61,962 nt of DNA from NCBI GenBank assembly GCA_026015185.1, contig JAOZGX010000114.1, positions 1 through 61,962 on the forward strand, written 5' to 3'. The DNA comes from Candidatus Bathyarchaeota archaeon (GTDB taxonomy: Archaea > Thermoproteota > Bathyarchaeia > 40CM-2-53-6 > RBG-13-38-9). A program made the translations under genes and the position numbers. The notes below the pieces were generated by a model that searched no databases, was not told the DNA's origin, and was given only the letters and a program-made list of their open reading frames with translations. Of the stretch, positions 19,840-29,040 are shown piece by piece (the stretch's first letter is position 1; every line of letters begins with the position of its first letter).

Positions 19840-19885
19840 GTGCGTGCTATAGGATATTTGGAATCAATAGCACGCACTACTTTTT
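19840..19885 (+). terminator. Perfect 11-bp hairpin plus T5 between convergent genes
   Basis: GTGCGTGCTAT (19840-19850) pairs with ATAGCACGCAC (19867-19877). The loop is 16 nt and TTTTT lies at 19881-19885. The arms carry the GCGTGCTATA module seen elsewhere in the window. Confidence 0.5.
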
Positions 19886-19925
19886 AATTTATAAGATATC
19901 AACCAAATTCTAGCTCAAGCTAGTA

Positions 19926-20930
19926 TCAAATCCCTTTGTTGTTCATCACTTCATCGATAAAGGCTACTGCGTTCTCTATTGGGACATCATCAAGCAACCC
20001 TATTCCTGGCGCTATTATAAATCCGCCTCCTCGACCCATCTTTTTAATGGTTTTTTGTACTATGTACCTTATGGTTTCAGGGGATTCATGTGGCAATAAT
20101 TCTTGCGTACTAAAACATCCAAAAAACGAAAGCTCGTCACCAACTTTAGTCTTTAACCGTTCAAGGTCCATGATCTCTGGTTGCACAGGGTGTATCGCAT
20201 CGAACTCCACTTCGATTAAATCGGGTATAATCTCTTTAATATCTCCATCTGAATGTAGAAAAGCATAGAAGCCTAGATTTTTAACTCTATCCACCAAAGT
20301 CTTCAAACGCGGTTTTATAAAACGCCTCCAAAGCTTCGGCGATATTAACAAACCATTTTGATGACCATAATCGTCGCTTAACCACAACCCGTCAACTTCT
20401 AAATGCTGCAATCTGTCAACAACGGATAGGTCATATTCTAAAATTTCATCAAGTAAATTATTAACGAATCTTGGATGCTTATACATATCAACGATAAGAT
20501 TTTTCATTCCACGTAGGAAGTTAGCTCTTTCATAAAAATCTCCGATCTTAACAAGCTTGAATAAATCCTGTTTTTTACCAAGCTCCTTTCTCAATTCATC
20601 AAGCCTCTTTTGTGGTAAAGGCTCTGGAAATTTATATCCTTCCAGACTTGCTTCAATAAGCGGATGAACCATTGGCATTCCCCTTGTTGTACCAACATTT
20701 TCCCATACAACACCGAAAATATCTATATACTTACCTTTAACAACATTTTCTGGAATGTTTTTGACTACACTCGTCCAATAAATATAATTTCTAAGAAATC
20801 TATCTACATCTTCAGTTTGATAATGTTGTTTCAGTTTTTCTTCAATTTTTGAAGTATAATTTAGATAATAGGGGATCGGCGTTGATTCTCGATGTTTCAA
20901 AGCTGAAATAACAAAATCTCTTTTAGTCAT
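19926..20930 (-). CDS. Uroporphyrinogen decarboxylase (URO-D) superfamily protein
   Basis: 334 aa TIM-barrel-like protein with URO-D family arrangement (...LSDDYGHQNGLLISP..., HSDGD...). Specific function unknown. Confidence 0.6.
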   Translation of the reverse strand: MTKRDFVISALKHRESTPIPYYLNYTSKIEEKLKQHYQTEDVDRFLRNYIYWTSVVKNIPENVVKGKYIDIFGVVWENVGTTRGMPMVHPLIEASLEGYKFPEPLPQKRLDELRKELGKKQDLFKLVKIGDFYERANFLRGMKNLIVDMYKHPRFVNNLLDEILEYDLSVVDRLQHLEVDGLWLSDDYGHQNGLLISPKLWRRFIKPRLKTLVDRVKNLGFYAFLHSDGDIKEIIPDLIEVEFDAIHPVQPEIMDLERLKTKVGDELSFFGCFSTQELLPHESPETIRYIVQKTIKKMGRGGGFIIAPGIGLLDDVPIENAVAFIDEVMNNKGI

Positions 20931-21052
20931 TGTTTACAATTAAATTGTTTGTCTAAATAAATTAAATAATTCGCTCACTAAGAATTCCTGCATATATTTA
21001 TGATTAGAAATCTTCCCTCAAACTCAATTTTAATATGATGCGTACCAGATTT

Positions 21053-22216
21053 TCAGATCAACTCTTCTAGCTTTGTCCTACAATCCTTGATTCTCTCCTC
21101 ACAAAAAGTGATATTCTCCTCGATCCTCTTCTTTTCATTCATCGTATTGTCAAGCACTTCATTCTTCTTTTGAAATTTAGTTTTAATATCTTCAAACTCC
21201 GATGTCTTTCCTATAACACCTTCAGCATCTAATTGGTTTTTTTGTTCAGCATACTCATCAAATTTTTTCTTATAATCTCCTAACCTATTCTCCTTCAAGA
21301 TATTTGATATACTTTCTAAACCTTTTTTATTTCTTGATCTTTTCAGATTAAGTTTTTTACTTCGTAATAATTCCTGAAGGTAGATCAAAGCTTCTTCAAT
21401 AGTCTTAACGTCCTTAAGCTCTAAGAGTGCCTTCCTAGGATCCCTAATGAATCTTTCAAGTCTTATGATCTTATGTTGATCTTTCACAATTGATTTATCA
21501 TCAATTAATTTAATTGATTTTAACACAGGCTTCTCAAGATGTCTGAGCTCTGTTTTAATTCGCTCTTCAAATAATTCCTCATTTTTTTTGAATTCTTTTG
21601 CTTTCACTAGATCCTCTTTCTGTCCAAGCACTTTTATCCTCTGATTTTCTCTCTCTATTTGGTTCTTAAGCTCCTTCATCTTATTATCTACTTTTTCAAG
21701 AGTCTTTCTATTGACAAATCTTTCTTCTTCAAGTTTCGATAGCCTTCTAACTATGCTCTCGGCCTTCTTCCATTTTCTTAATTCATTTTGATATTTTGAA
21801 AAAAGAACATTAAGATCTTTTGTAAGATTCAGTACTTGCCTTCGTTTCCACTCAATTTGCTTTATTGAAAGCTTATGCCCAGGGCCGGTCTTTCTAAGCC
21901 ATCGGACCCCATAATAAATTATTTTCTTATGGAATGTTTCTAAAGCATTGATGTAACTCTCAATGTCTTGAAAACTTATCTTATCGGGTTTTTTTAACTC
22001 TGAAATCAAAGAAGTTACTTTTTTTCCAAATTGTTCTGCAAAAGTATCTCCAGAACCCATGAATTTTTTTGAATCAGAAGCCATATCTTCAAGAGCCTCT
22101 TGGATTTCATCCAAAACTTTTTTGAATCTGTTTTCGACATGTTCAAAACTCTGGACAATTTTTTCGTTCAATGCATCAATTTTTAGATCCTTATTGACTG
22201 ACAACGTAAACCTCAA
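21053..22216 (-). CDS. Long K/E-rich coiled-coil protein
   Basis: 387 aa, heptad-rich through most of its length, no enzymatic motif. Confidence 0.5.
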   Translation of the reverse strand: MRFTLSVNKDLKIDALNEKIVQSFEHVENRFKKVLDEIQEALEDMASDSKKFMGSGDTFAEQFGKKVTSLISELKKPDKISFQDIESYINALETFHKKIIYYGVRWLRKTGPGHKLSIKQIEWKRRQVLNLTKDLNVLFSKYQNELRKWKKAESIVRRLSKLEEERFVNRKTLEKVDNKMKELKNQIERENQRIKVLGQKEDLVKAKEFKKNEELFEERIKTELRHLEKPVLKSIKLIDDKSIVKDQHKIIRLERFIRDPRKALLELKDVKTIEEALIYLQELLRSKKLNLKRSRNKKGLESISNILKENRLGDYKKKFDEYAEQKNQLDAEGVIGKTSEFEDIKTKFQKKNEVLDNTMNEKKRIEENITFCEERIKDCRTKLEELI

Positions 22217-22439
22217 CTTTCCTAAATTATTATTAATTTAAGTCATAAAATTGTTTATTTTAAGATGAAGATTTCAAGTATTGTTATAATTATTAATTAG
22301 TATCGAATCATCGATGAAAATTTAATTTTGCCTTGCGTAACACTTTTGCATAGCAAAAAAACACCCTTTTTGACATAGATTTAGTCAAATAAATAAAGAA
22401 AATCTTACAAGAAGATATCTGTATGGCTTAGATGGTGCG

Positions 22440-22480
22440 CGACGACGCTGAGAAAAAATTAAAAAATAGCGCGTGCTATA
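22440..22480. repeat. Left arm of imperfect 41-bp inverted repeat flanking the acyltransferase gene
   Basis: CGACGACG-21 nt-GCGCGTGCTATA. The reverse complement of 23745-23785 has CGACGACG-21 nt... GCGCGCTATTA at the same spacing (26/41 positions identical). Confidence 0.45.
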
Positions 22481-22588
22481 TGTTCGTGTTATTATTGTGA
22501 TGAGAGCCATCTTATATACTGAATAACCAATTCTGTGCACTGGAAATCATTATCTATACAAAGGATATGGGAAAAGGTAAGTTAGAAA

Positions 22589-23746
22589 ATGGCCGAGCGA
22601 GAAAGGGCGAAACCACAGAATAGACTATTTTACTTAGATAATCTTAGGATTTATTTAATTATTTTAGTGATTTTACATCATGCGGCTCTTGCTTATGGCG
22701 GGGTGGGAGCTTGGTTTGTCAGGGACCCTGCAGTTGATGCTATCAGCCCCATTTTCTTAACAATATTCAATGTCATTAATCAAAGCTACTTTATGTCAGC
22801 TTTCTTCCTTCTAGCTGGATATTTCACACCTCGATCGTTGGAAAGAAAAGGCTCCAAACAATTCCTGAAAGATCGTGTGATCCGGTTGGTTATCCCCATA
22901 ATCATTTATACAACCATAATTCAAGCCATTAACGGTTATATGATTGAAAACTTTGTGAATGATGCAAATTTATCGATTTGGGCGATTATAAAATGGCGAA
23001 TTGAGCATCTTGTAACCTCTTACAGCCCGGGGCATCTTTGGTTCCTACAAACATTACTAGTCTTTGCGGTAATTTATGTAATTTATAGAGTATTAGCTGA
23101 TCGAAGTTCGAGGAAGCCAATCCAACTCTACCCGAACACATTTCCCCCAAACACTATTCTATTTCTCTGCATTGGAGTTCTAGCAGTTTTTACGTTTGCT
23201 GTGCGTTTAGTTTTCCCAGTTGATGTTTGGTTCCTATATGTCCAACCGGCCCACTTTGTCCACTACGCTTTCTGCTTTTTTAGCGGTGTTTTGGCGTATC
23301 GGAGCGATTGGTTCCGTCGATTATCAGGATCACAAGCCCGTCCCTGGGGGATTATGTCTCTAGTGGTTGTTCCTCTCTTCCTTGTAATTGTTTTGGGGGG
23401 AGGCTTGGAGAACGCATACAAACTTGTGGGAGGACTGAATTGGCAAGCGTTTACTTATGCAGCCTGGGAATCCTTTCTTATGATAGGGATAATCGTCTTT
23501 CTTCTTTACTTTTTCCGGGAAAGACTCAATAAGACAGGACTTGTCGCTAAATCAATGGCCACAAACGTTTACACTGTCTACATTATTCATGCAACGATCC
23601 TCCTTGCACTTCAAATTTTAATACTGCCTATCAATATCCCTACGATCATGAAGTTCTTCATTGTTTCACTAATCGCCGTACCTCTATGTTTCACGCTTAG
23701 CACTCTCATCCGAAGAATTCCATACGCAAGACGAGTCCTTGGATAA
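22589..23746 (+). CDS. Acyltransferase family 3 integral membrane protein
   Basis: N-terminal R..YLDNLR....LV..HH motif, about 10 TM. Visibly more G+C-rich than its neighbours. Confidence 0.75.
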   Translation: MAERERAKPQNRLFYLDNLRIYLIILVILHHAALAYGGVGAWFVRDPAVDAISPIFLTIFNVINQSYFMSAFFLLAGYFTPRSLERKGSKQFLKDRVIRLVIPIIIYTTIIQAINGYMIENFVNDANLSIWAIIKWRIEHLVTSYSPGHLWFLQTLLVFAVIYVIYRVLADRSSRKPIQLYPNTFPPNTILFLCIGVLAVFTFAVRLVFPVDVWFLYVQPAHFVHYAFCFFSGVLAYRSDWFRRLSGSQARPWGIMSLVVVPLFLVIVLGGGLENAYKLVGGLNWQAFTYAAWESFLMIGIIVFLLYFFRERLNKTGLVAKSMATNVYTVYIIHATILLALQILILPINIPTIMKFFIVSLIAVPLCFTLSTLIRRIPYARRVLG

Positions 23747-23785
23747 TAGCGCGCGTTTTTAGAAGTTATTTTCGTGTCGTCGTCG
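23745..23785. repeat. Right arm of imperfect inverted repeat (overlaps the tRNA-Leu trailer)
   Basis: TAATAGCGCGCG...CGTGTCGTCGTCG. See the left arm at 22440-22480. Confidence 0.45.
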
Positions 23786-23792
23786 GGTATCT

Positions 23793-23928
23793 TGGTGCGG
23801 GGGGTGGGATTCGAACCCACGAAGGGCTACCCCACGGGATATCCTAAAATTAAGAGTTCTTGAGTTTCGCGCATGTAAACTTATGTTTAACATGGCCCGC
23901 GCATTTGACCTGGCTCTGCGACCCCCGC
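23793..23928 (-). tRNA. tRNA-Leu(CAA) with two introns, CCA encoded
   Basis: Manual fold: GCGGGGG/CCCCCGC acceptor, GCA..TGC D-stem, long variable arm, GTGGG-TTCGAAT-CCCAC T-arm. Removing a 30-nt intron at 30/31 and an 18-nt intron at 37/38 gives a perfect CGGGA-CTCAAGA-TCCCG anticodon arm. Confidence 0.8.
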
Positions 23929-23992
23929 TTGAAAGGTACTATTGCTTATTCTAAAAAAGAAGTATTAAAAAATTTCACAATGGTAGAGTAAT

Positions 23993-24301
23993 CTACAACA
24001 ATTCTATCTCAATGAATACATCATCAGGAGTTCTTATTCTCATTAATCTCTTCAAGAAGCGTTCGTTTGGATCCACATCTATTAAACGCTTATGTATCCT
24101 CATTTCCCACCTGTCCCACGTGCGTGTACCTTGCCCACAAGGAGTCTTTCTAGTAGGTACAACAAGTTTCTTTGTAGGTAATGGAATTGGTCCCTTTAAT
24201 TTAACAGCAGTTCTGTCCGCGATCTTTTTTATTTCTTCACAGATCGAGATTACATGCTGGGGATCCTTGCTTGAGAGTCTAATTCTTGCTTTTCCAGGCA
24301 T
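23993..24301 (-). CDS. rps10: 30S ribosomal protein S10 (uS10)
   Basis: ARIRLSS.D...L...C..I...A......GPIPLPTK. 102 aa, downstream of EF-1alpha. Confidence 0.9.
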   Translation of the reverse strand: MPGKARIRLSSKDPQHVISICEEIKKIADRTAVKLKGPIPLPTKKLVVPTRKTPCGQGTRTWDRWEMRIHKRLIDVDPNERFLKRLMRIRTPDDVFIEIELL

Positions 24302-24387
24302 TTAATTTCTAAACTCCAAACTAAAGTATATGTGGACTCCTCTATATTCGTAGTAAGTAGTAAAAAATTTTTAGTAAAAAAGTGAGA

Positions 24388-25713
24388 TTATTTCGCTTTC
24401 TTTGTTTTTTCTGCCTTTTCTGTTATCTCTTTGACTACACCAACACCTATTGTCATTCCCATATCTCTTATTGCAAATCTTCCAAGGTGAGGAATTTCAG
24501 AATATGGTTCAAGGACGATAGGCTTTACTACTCTTATCTTTACTATAGCTGCATCCCCTGCTTTCAAGAATGCTGGATTCTCCTCGATCACTTGTCCACT
24601 TCTTGCATCAATTTTCTGCAAAATCTCGGTGAATGTTGCTGCAATTGTTGTAGTGTGTGCGTGCAAAACTGGTGTATAACCTTTAGCAACAGCAGTTGGA
24701 TGAGATATGATTATCACTTGGCCTAGGAACTCATTGACTACAGAAGGCGGTTTATCAGGATGGCCTGCAACATCTCCACGTCTTATAGCACCTTTTTCGA
24801 GTCCTCTCACGTTGAAACCTATATTATCACCTGGACCTGCTTCAGGAATTTCCGTATGGTGGGTCTCTATTGATTTGCACTCTCCTGCAGCTCCAGCAGG
24901 CTCAAAAACTAATTTGTCTCCTGCCTTTAACACACCTGTTTCTACTCTTCCTACAGGAACGCTACCAATACCTGTAATGGAGTATACGTCCTGTATTGGA
25001 ATTCTTAATGGTTTATCAGTAGGCTTTGGTGGAGGTGTGAATGTATTCAATACGTCTAGCAGAGTAGGTCCTTTGTACCACGACATCTTTTCACTTGGTT
25101 TTGTAAGATTATCACCTGTCCATCCGGAGACCGGCACGAATTGTATTTTAGATGAATCATAACCAACAACTTTTAACAGTGACTCGATCTCTTTCTTACA
25201 TTCTTCATACCTATCTTGAGCGAATTTGACCGTTGTATCGTCCATCTTGGAGATGGCTACCAATAATTGGTTAACACCCAATGTTCTTGCAAGATAAGCA
25301 TGCTCTCTTGCCTGTCCACCTGGACCGATACCAACCTCGAACTCGCCTTTCTTCGCAGATATCGTCAGAATGGCACAATCTGCTTGGCTTGTTCCTGTAA
25401 TCATATTCTTGATAAAGTCTCTGTGGCCTGGAGCGTCAATAATCGTGAAGAATAGTTTATCTGTTTCAAATTTCTTAAACGCAAGGTCTATAGTCACTCC
25501 TCTTTCTCTCTCTTCTTTTATGGTGTCAAGGACCCAAGCGAACTTGAATGTATCACCGGAACCAAGTTTCTCTGACTCCTTTGCATAGGCATCGATAGTC
25601 TTTTGGTCCACATTACCTGTATCAAAGAGAAGATGACCTACTAATGTACTCTTTCCATGGTCCACATGACCAACTACGATCATGTTCAGATGCGGTTTCT
25701 CTGACTTACTCAT
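24388..25713 (-). CDS. tuf: Translation elongation factor 1-alpha
   Basis: GHVDHGKST, DAPGHRDF, NKMD-type (SKMD) G-motifs, 441 aa. Confidence 0.95.
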   Translation of the reverse strand: MSKSEKPHLNMIVVGHVDHGKSTLVGHLLFDTGNVDQKTIDAYAKESEKLGSGDTFKFAWVLDTIKEERERGVTIDLAFKKFETDKLFFTIIDAPGHRDFIKNMITGTSQADCAILTISAKKGEFEVGIGPGGQAREHAYLARTLGVNQLLVAISKMDDTTVKFAQDRYEECKKEIESLLKVVGYDSSKIQFVPVSGWTGDNLTKPSEKMSWYKGPTLLDVLNTFTPPPKPTDKPLRIPIQDVYSITGIGSVPVGRVETGVLKAGDKLVFEPAGAAGECKSIETHHTEIPEAGPGDNIGFNVRGLEKGAIRRGDVAGHPDKPPSVVNEFLGQVIIISHPTAVAKGYTPVLHAHTTTIAATFTEILQKIDARSGQVIEENPAFLKAGDAAIVKIRVVKPIVLEPYSEIPHLGRFAIRDMGMTIGVGVVKEITEKAEKTKKAK

Positions 25714-25802
25714 ATTTTTTCATTCCTTTTCATTTAAGGGTATTTTTTACTTAAGATTGCAACCAGATATTTAAGCCTTAATAAATTAAAAAATATTTTG
25801 CC

Positions 25803-26390
25803 CTATCGTGATGAAAGCGCAATCCTCTCCATTTCATCCTTCTTTTTTATAGAATAGCTCTTACTATCTTTGTTAGCCGCAGCAATTAACTCATCTGCGA
25901 GACATTCATCAATGGTTTTTGGGTTGCTGAAAGTTGCTTGCCTTGTTCCATTTGCTAAAAGTCTCAATGTGATGTCAACTCTACGTTGAGGAGAAACATC
26001 AACGGCGATTGGATAAACAACTCCCCCATATGAGACTCTAGTAACATCTTCGCTTGGAGCAGTATTCTCCATTGCTCTAATCAGAATATCGACAGGATTC
26101 TTGCCAGTCTTTAAATTGATGATTTCCAAAGCGTTTCTGACCATTCCTATGGCTTTTGCTTTTTTTCCACCACATAAACCACGTCTCATCAAGTTGTTTA
26201 CTAGTCTTTCGACAACATTAACTTTGGATTTCCTAAATCTTTGATGTTCATGCCTTCCTCCACTATGAGGAATAAAACAAGGATCAAGGTTTATGTACTC
26301 CTTCAATCCTGGGTCTTGGACCTCTATGCCTTCCATACTCCATTTACCGAAGAGCAAAACTTCGGATTGCTTTTTTTCCGATTTACTCAA
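25803..26390 (-). CDS. rps7: 30S ribosomal protein S7 (uS7)
   Basis: LLFGKW...VERLVN.LMR.G...GKK..A..IV..A.EII; 195 aa. Confidence 0.9.
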   Translation of the reverse strand: MSKSEKKQSEVLLFGKWSMEGIEVQDPGLKEYINLDPCFIPHSGGRHEHQRFRKSKVNVVERLVNNLMRRGLCGGKKAKAIGMVRNALEIINLKTGKNPVDILIRAMENTAPSEDVTRVSYGGVVYPIAVDVSPQRRVDITLRLLANGTRQATFSNPKTIDECLADELIAAANKDSKSYSIKKKDEMERIALSSR

Positions 26391-26475
26391 TTTATCTTGA
26401 CATCCGATATTTTTCGAATTTTTCTATGGTTTGATTACCGTTTGATGATATAAAGTTTAAGTTTTTAATATATAT

Positions 26476-26800
26476 GGCGGTGGTGACATCCCCAAGCAGT
26501 CGATGCACCTTCCAACAACGGTTTCCAATCTGCATCCTCAGCACTGAGATCCTGCTAGCGCCTAAACGTCCGTCTTACGGCTGCTCTCTTCCGAGCCTGG
26601 CCGGGTTCGACGGTAAGAGGAAAAACTCCTTCCTTCGAAGGAATCAACATCTCCGCCGGCCCAACAGGGCAGCGCCTCATTGTCAGCAGTAGGTCCTATT
26701 GTAGGTCGGATACATCTATCCGCCTAAGTTAACGGATCCCCGCGTATAGCCGGTTTCGGGTAACAGGGCACGGCTAGCACCCCGATCCCTCACCACCGCC
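26476..26800 (-). ncRNA. Signal recognition particle RNA (7S/SRP RNA)
   Basis: A G+C-rich island in AT-rich DNA. The 5' GGCGGTGGTGAGGGATCGGGG pairs with the 3' ...CCCCAAG...TCACCACCGCC region. The minus strand contains the helix-8 signature GGCCAGGCTCGGAAGAGAGCAGCC. Length about 325 nt. Confidence 0.8.
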
Positions 26801-26852
26801 AAGATTATCCGTAATAAATCTTATGGATATAAATAATTTGATTATCGTTCAA

Positions 26853-27779
26853 TTATATGCTTACCCTGCAAAGAGTCTTGCACACCTCGCAAATATCGGA
26901 ACTTGAAGGTGATTTACAAATTCTACAATTTTTGATTTCAAGATTTCTAGAATGTTTTTTCAAAACATCGGTTAATCTTTCCTTTGACCTGTAGCAAGAA
27001 TATTTGGCCCCAGGATGTTTTTCCTCTAATTGATTTAACATGCTTCTAATGTCATTTCTAAGACAGTTAGCTGCGTATGGGCATGGAATAGTTTGAAATT
27101 TAAATTCTGAAACGTAAGCATATAAGGCTACTTCCTTTTCATATACTTCACTAAATGGTTTTATTTTCCTAATAAAGGCGTTTTGGCCATTAGGGATCTG
27201 AACATTCAATCTAGCTATTCTTTCGATCCCACCATGGAAGACATTCAATAGAAATGTCTGGATTTCATCGTCTAAGTTATGGGCTGTAGCTATTTTGTTT
27301 GCTTTTACTCTTTTACCTGCTTCGTCCAAGGCTCTTCTTCTTAGAATTCCACAATAAGAACACTCACTTAGCTCGTCTTTCTTTTCTAATACTAGTTCAT
27401 CCAATGTTTTACCAAAAAGCTCTTTAAAAGAAAAAACAAATTGTTCCAATTCCAATTTTTTGCAGAATTCTTCTGCAAGTTTAATGGCCTCTTCTCTATA
27501 ATTTCTTATTCCTTCATCAATGGTTACTGCAATTAATTCTGATCGAGGATGTTTTTTAGATAATTTATGTAAGATTGATAGAAGCGTTAAACTATCTTTA
27601 CCTCCAGATACTCCAACAGCTACTCGATCATCATGTGATAGCATGGAATGCTTTGATATATTTCTGCGGACTTTTTCCTCAATATTTTTCTTGAAGCATT
27701 TTTTACAGAATTTTACTCCCTCATAAGTTCTATTGTAGAAGATGTTTTTGTTTCCGCATAAGTCGCAATGCAATTTCAT
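26853..27779 (-). CDS. PP-loop tRNA 2-thiolation enzyme (TtuA/NcsA-type)
   Basis: SGGKDS PP-loop, N- and C-terminal CxxC zinc fingers, central CSYCG...PCPY Fe-S cysteines. Confidence 0.8.
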   Translation of the reverse strand: MKLHCDLCGNKNIFYNRTYEGVKFCKKCFKKNIEEKVRRNISKHSMLSHDDRVAVGVSGGKDSLTLLSILHKLSKKHPRSELIAVTIDEGIRNYREEAIKLAEEFCKKLELEQFVFSFKELFGKTLDELVLEKKDELSECSYCGILRRRALDEAGKRVKANKIATAHNLDDEIQTFLLNVFHGGIERIARLNVQIPNGQNAFIRKIKPFSEVYEKEVALYAYVSEFKFQTIPCPYAANCLRNDIRSMLNQLEEKHPGAKYSCYRSKERLTDVLKKHSRNLEIKNCRICKSPSSSDICEVCKTLCRVSI

Positions 27780-27789
27780 GGAGTGCTCC

Positions 27790-28953
27790 CTAGAACCTTA
27801 CTAAACCGAATAATAGTATGTAAATAATAATATTGGAAAATAAGATAATGAAGCAAATAACATTGAATGATATTCTTATTGGTTTTGAATACTTGGGAAA
27901 GAACTTCTCAAAAAGAGAATTTAGAAATTTATCACCATCAAATGGGTAAAGGGGCATCATATTAATGGCCGCAAGCGATAACAGTATCATTGAAGTCCAA
28001 GATCCTGTCATTAATAGATGATATGGCAATGACCTGGGCAACCAACTAAATTTTGGCTCATAATTGTCGAATTGCTGAACTCTGATCCCAATAGCTGCTC
28101 TACTAGAATTAGTGGGGTGTGGTTGAGTTTTGATTTCGAAAAATCCAGAACTTGTGTTCGCAATCAGAAGGGCATTTGGGCGGATATTTGTCATATAATC
28201 AGTGAGACCATCTAAGCCTTCTATGCTAGTACCATTTAATGCATATATTATGTCCCATTCCGTTAAACCTGCTTGCTCAGCCGGTCCATCAACAACTAGT
28301 TCAGATATTAGAACTCCAGAGGAATTTGTATCATAGAATGGAGTTATTGCTAAAGTAAAGCCCATTAACAGGAGGGTAACAAAAACGAATGCGATGATGT
28401 TAGCATATGTTCCAGCTGCAAAAACCCTTAATTTAGTCATGAGCTTGGCTTTATTCAAACGTTTCTCATCATACTCGACAAAGGCACCTCCTATAACGGC
28501 AAATAATAATACACCTGAAGATTTTATCGGTATGCCATCAATTGAGCCCGCAATTCCATGTGCTAATTCATGGGTTATTAGGGCAATAAATAAGGCAACC
28601 AAAATATAAGGAAATGTTTTTAGACTTATTGTAAGGCCGGGTACCAAAGGCACAATCGCCATAGCCTGTTCTGGCCTCTCAAACAATAGCCCAAGATTTC
28701 TTAATAAAAGATATAATATGAATATTATCAGACCTGCTCCAACAACGATGCCAAGATTGAATATTTTTCTGCTCAAATTCTTATTATAACTAGCTAATTT
28801 CTTGATCCAGTTGTTAAGACGAGAGGTTCTTATCATTAAATGGAAAGGTTGAACAATGATATTTTTATTCTTCTTTCCAAATCGTTCATATCCTAAGTAA
28901 ATAATTATCCAGATTAGGAAAAAATATAAAATATAATCTATCCATTCAGGCAA
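27790..28953 (-). CDS. Site-2 protease family M50 with PDZ domain
   Basis: HELAHG and NMMPLYPFDGDKF motifs, polytopic, GPAEQAGL PDZ motif. Confidence 0.8.
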   Translation of the reverse strand: MPEWIDYILYFFLIWIIIYLGYERFGKKNKNIIVQPFHLMIRTSRLNNWIKKLASYNKNLSRKIFNLGIVVGAGLIIFILYLLLRNLGLLFERPEQAMAIVPLVPGLTISLKTFPYILVALFIALITHELAHGIAGSIDGIPIKSSGVLLFAVIGGAFVEYDEKRLNKAKLMTKLRVFAAGTYANIIAFVFVTLLLMGFTLAITPFYDTNSSGVLISELVVDGPAEQAGLTEWDIIYALNGTSIEGLDGLTDYMTNIRPNALLIANTSSGFFEIKTQPHPTNSSRAAIGIRVQQFDNYEPKFSWLPRSLPYHLLMTGSWTSMILLSLAAINMMPLYPFDGDKFLNSLFEKFFPKYSKPIRISFNVICFIILFSNIIIYILLFGLVRF

Positions 28954-29040
28954 ATTTCTTCTTAATATTCTGAAATGAGCTCAGTTATAAATATCTCTAA
29001 AGATAATTTGAACCGAATCCATAACTAATTAAGAAATAAA

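Noticed and set aside
22497-22522. Box C/D sRNA candidate (GTGATGA ... CTGA)
   Set aside because: Only one C-like and one D-like box are present, with 15-nt spacing. There are no C'/D' or second box pair and no terminal stem.
23611-23820. 69-aa minus-strand ORF spanning the acyltransferase 3' end and the tRNA-Leu 3' end
   Set aside because: It overlaps a confident CDS in antisense and runs into a tRNA gene. It is not credible as coding.
24382-25588. Several plus-strand ORFs (24382..24726, 24707..25162, 25267..25455, 25370..25588) overlapping the EF-1alpha gene
   Set aside because: They are antisense to an unambiguous, highly conserved gene. Their products are low-complexity with no motifs. 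The same reasoning applies to the other antisense ORFs in the track, including 1738..1995, 3682..3873, 4066..4413, 7960..8286, 16277..16585, 43520..43951, 49980..50432 and 50849..51280.
26474-26692. 72-aa ORF on the plus strand
   Set aside because: It lies entirely within, and antisense to, the G+C-rich SRP RNA gene. It is open only because of the local base composition.
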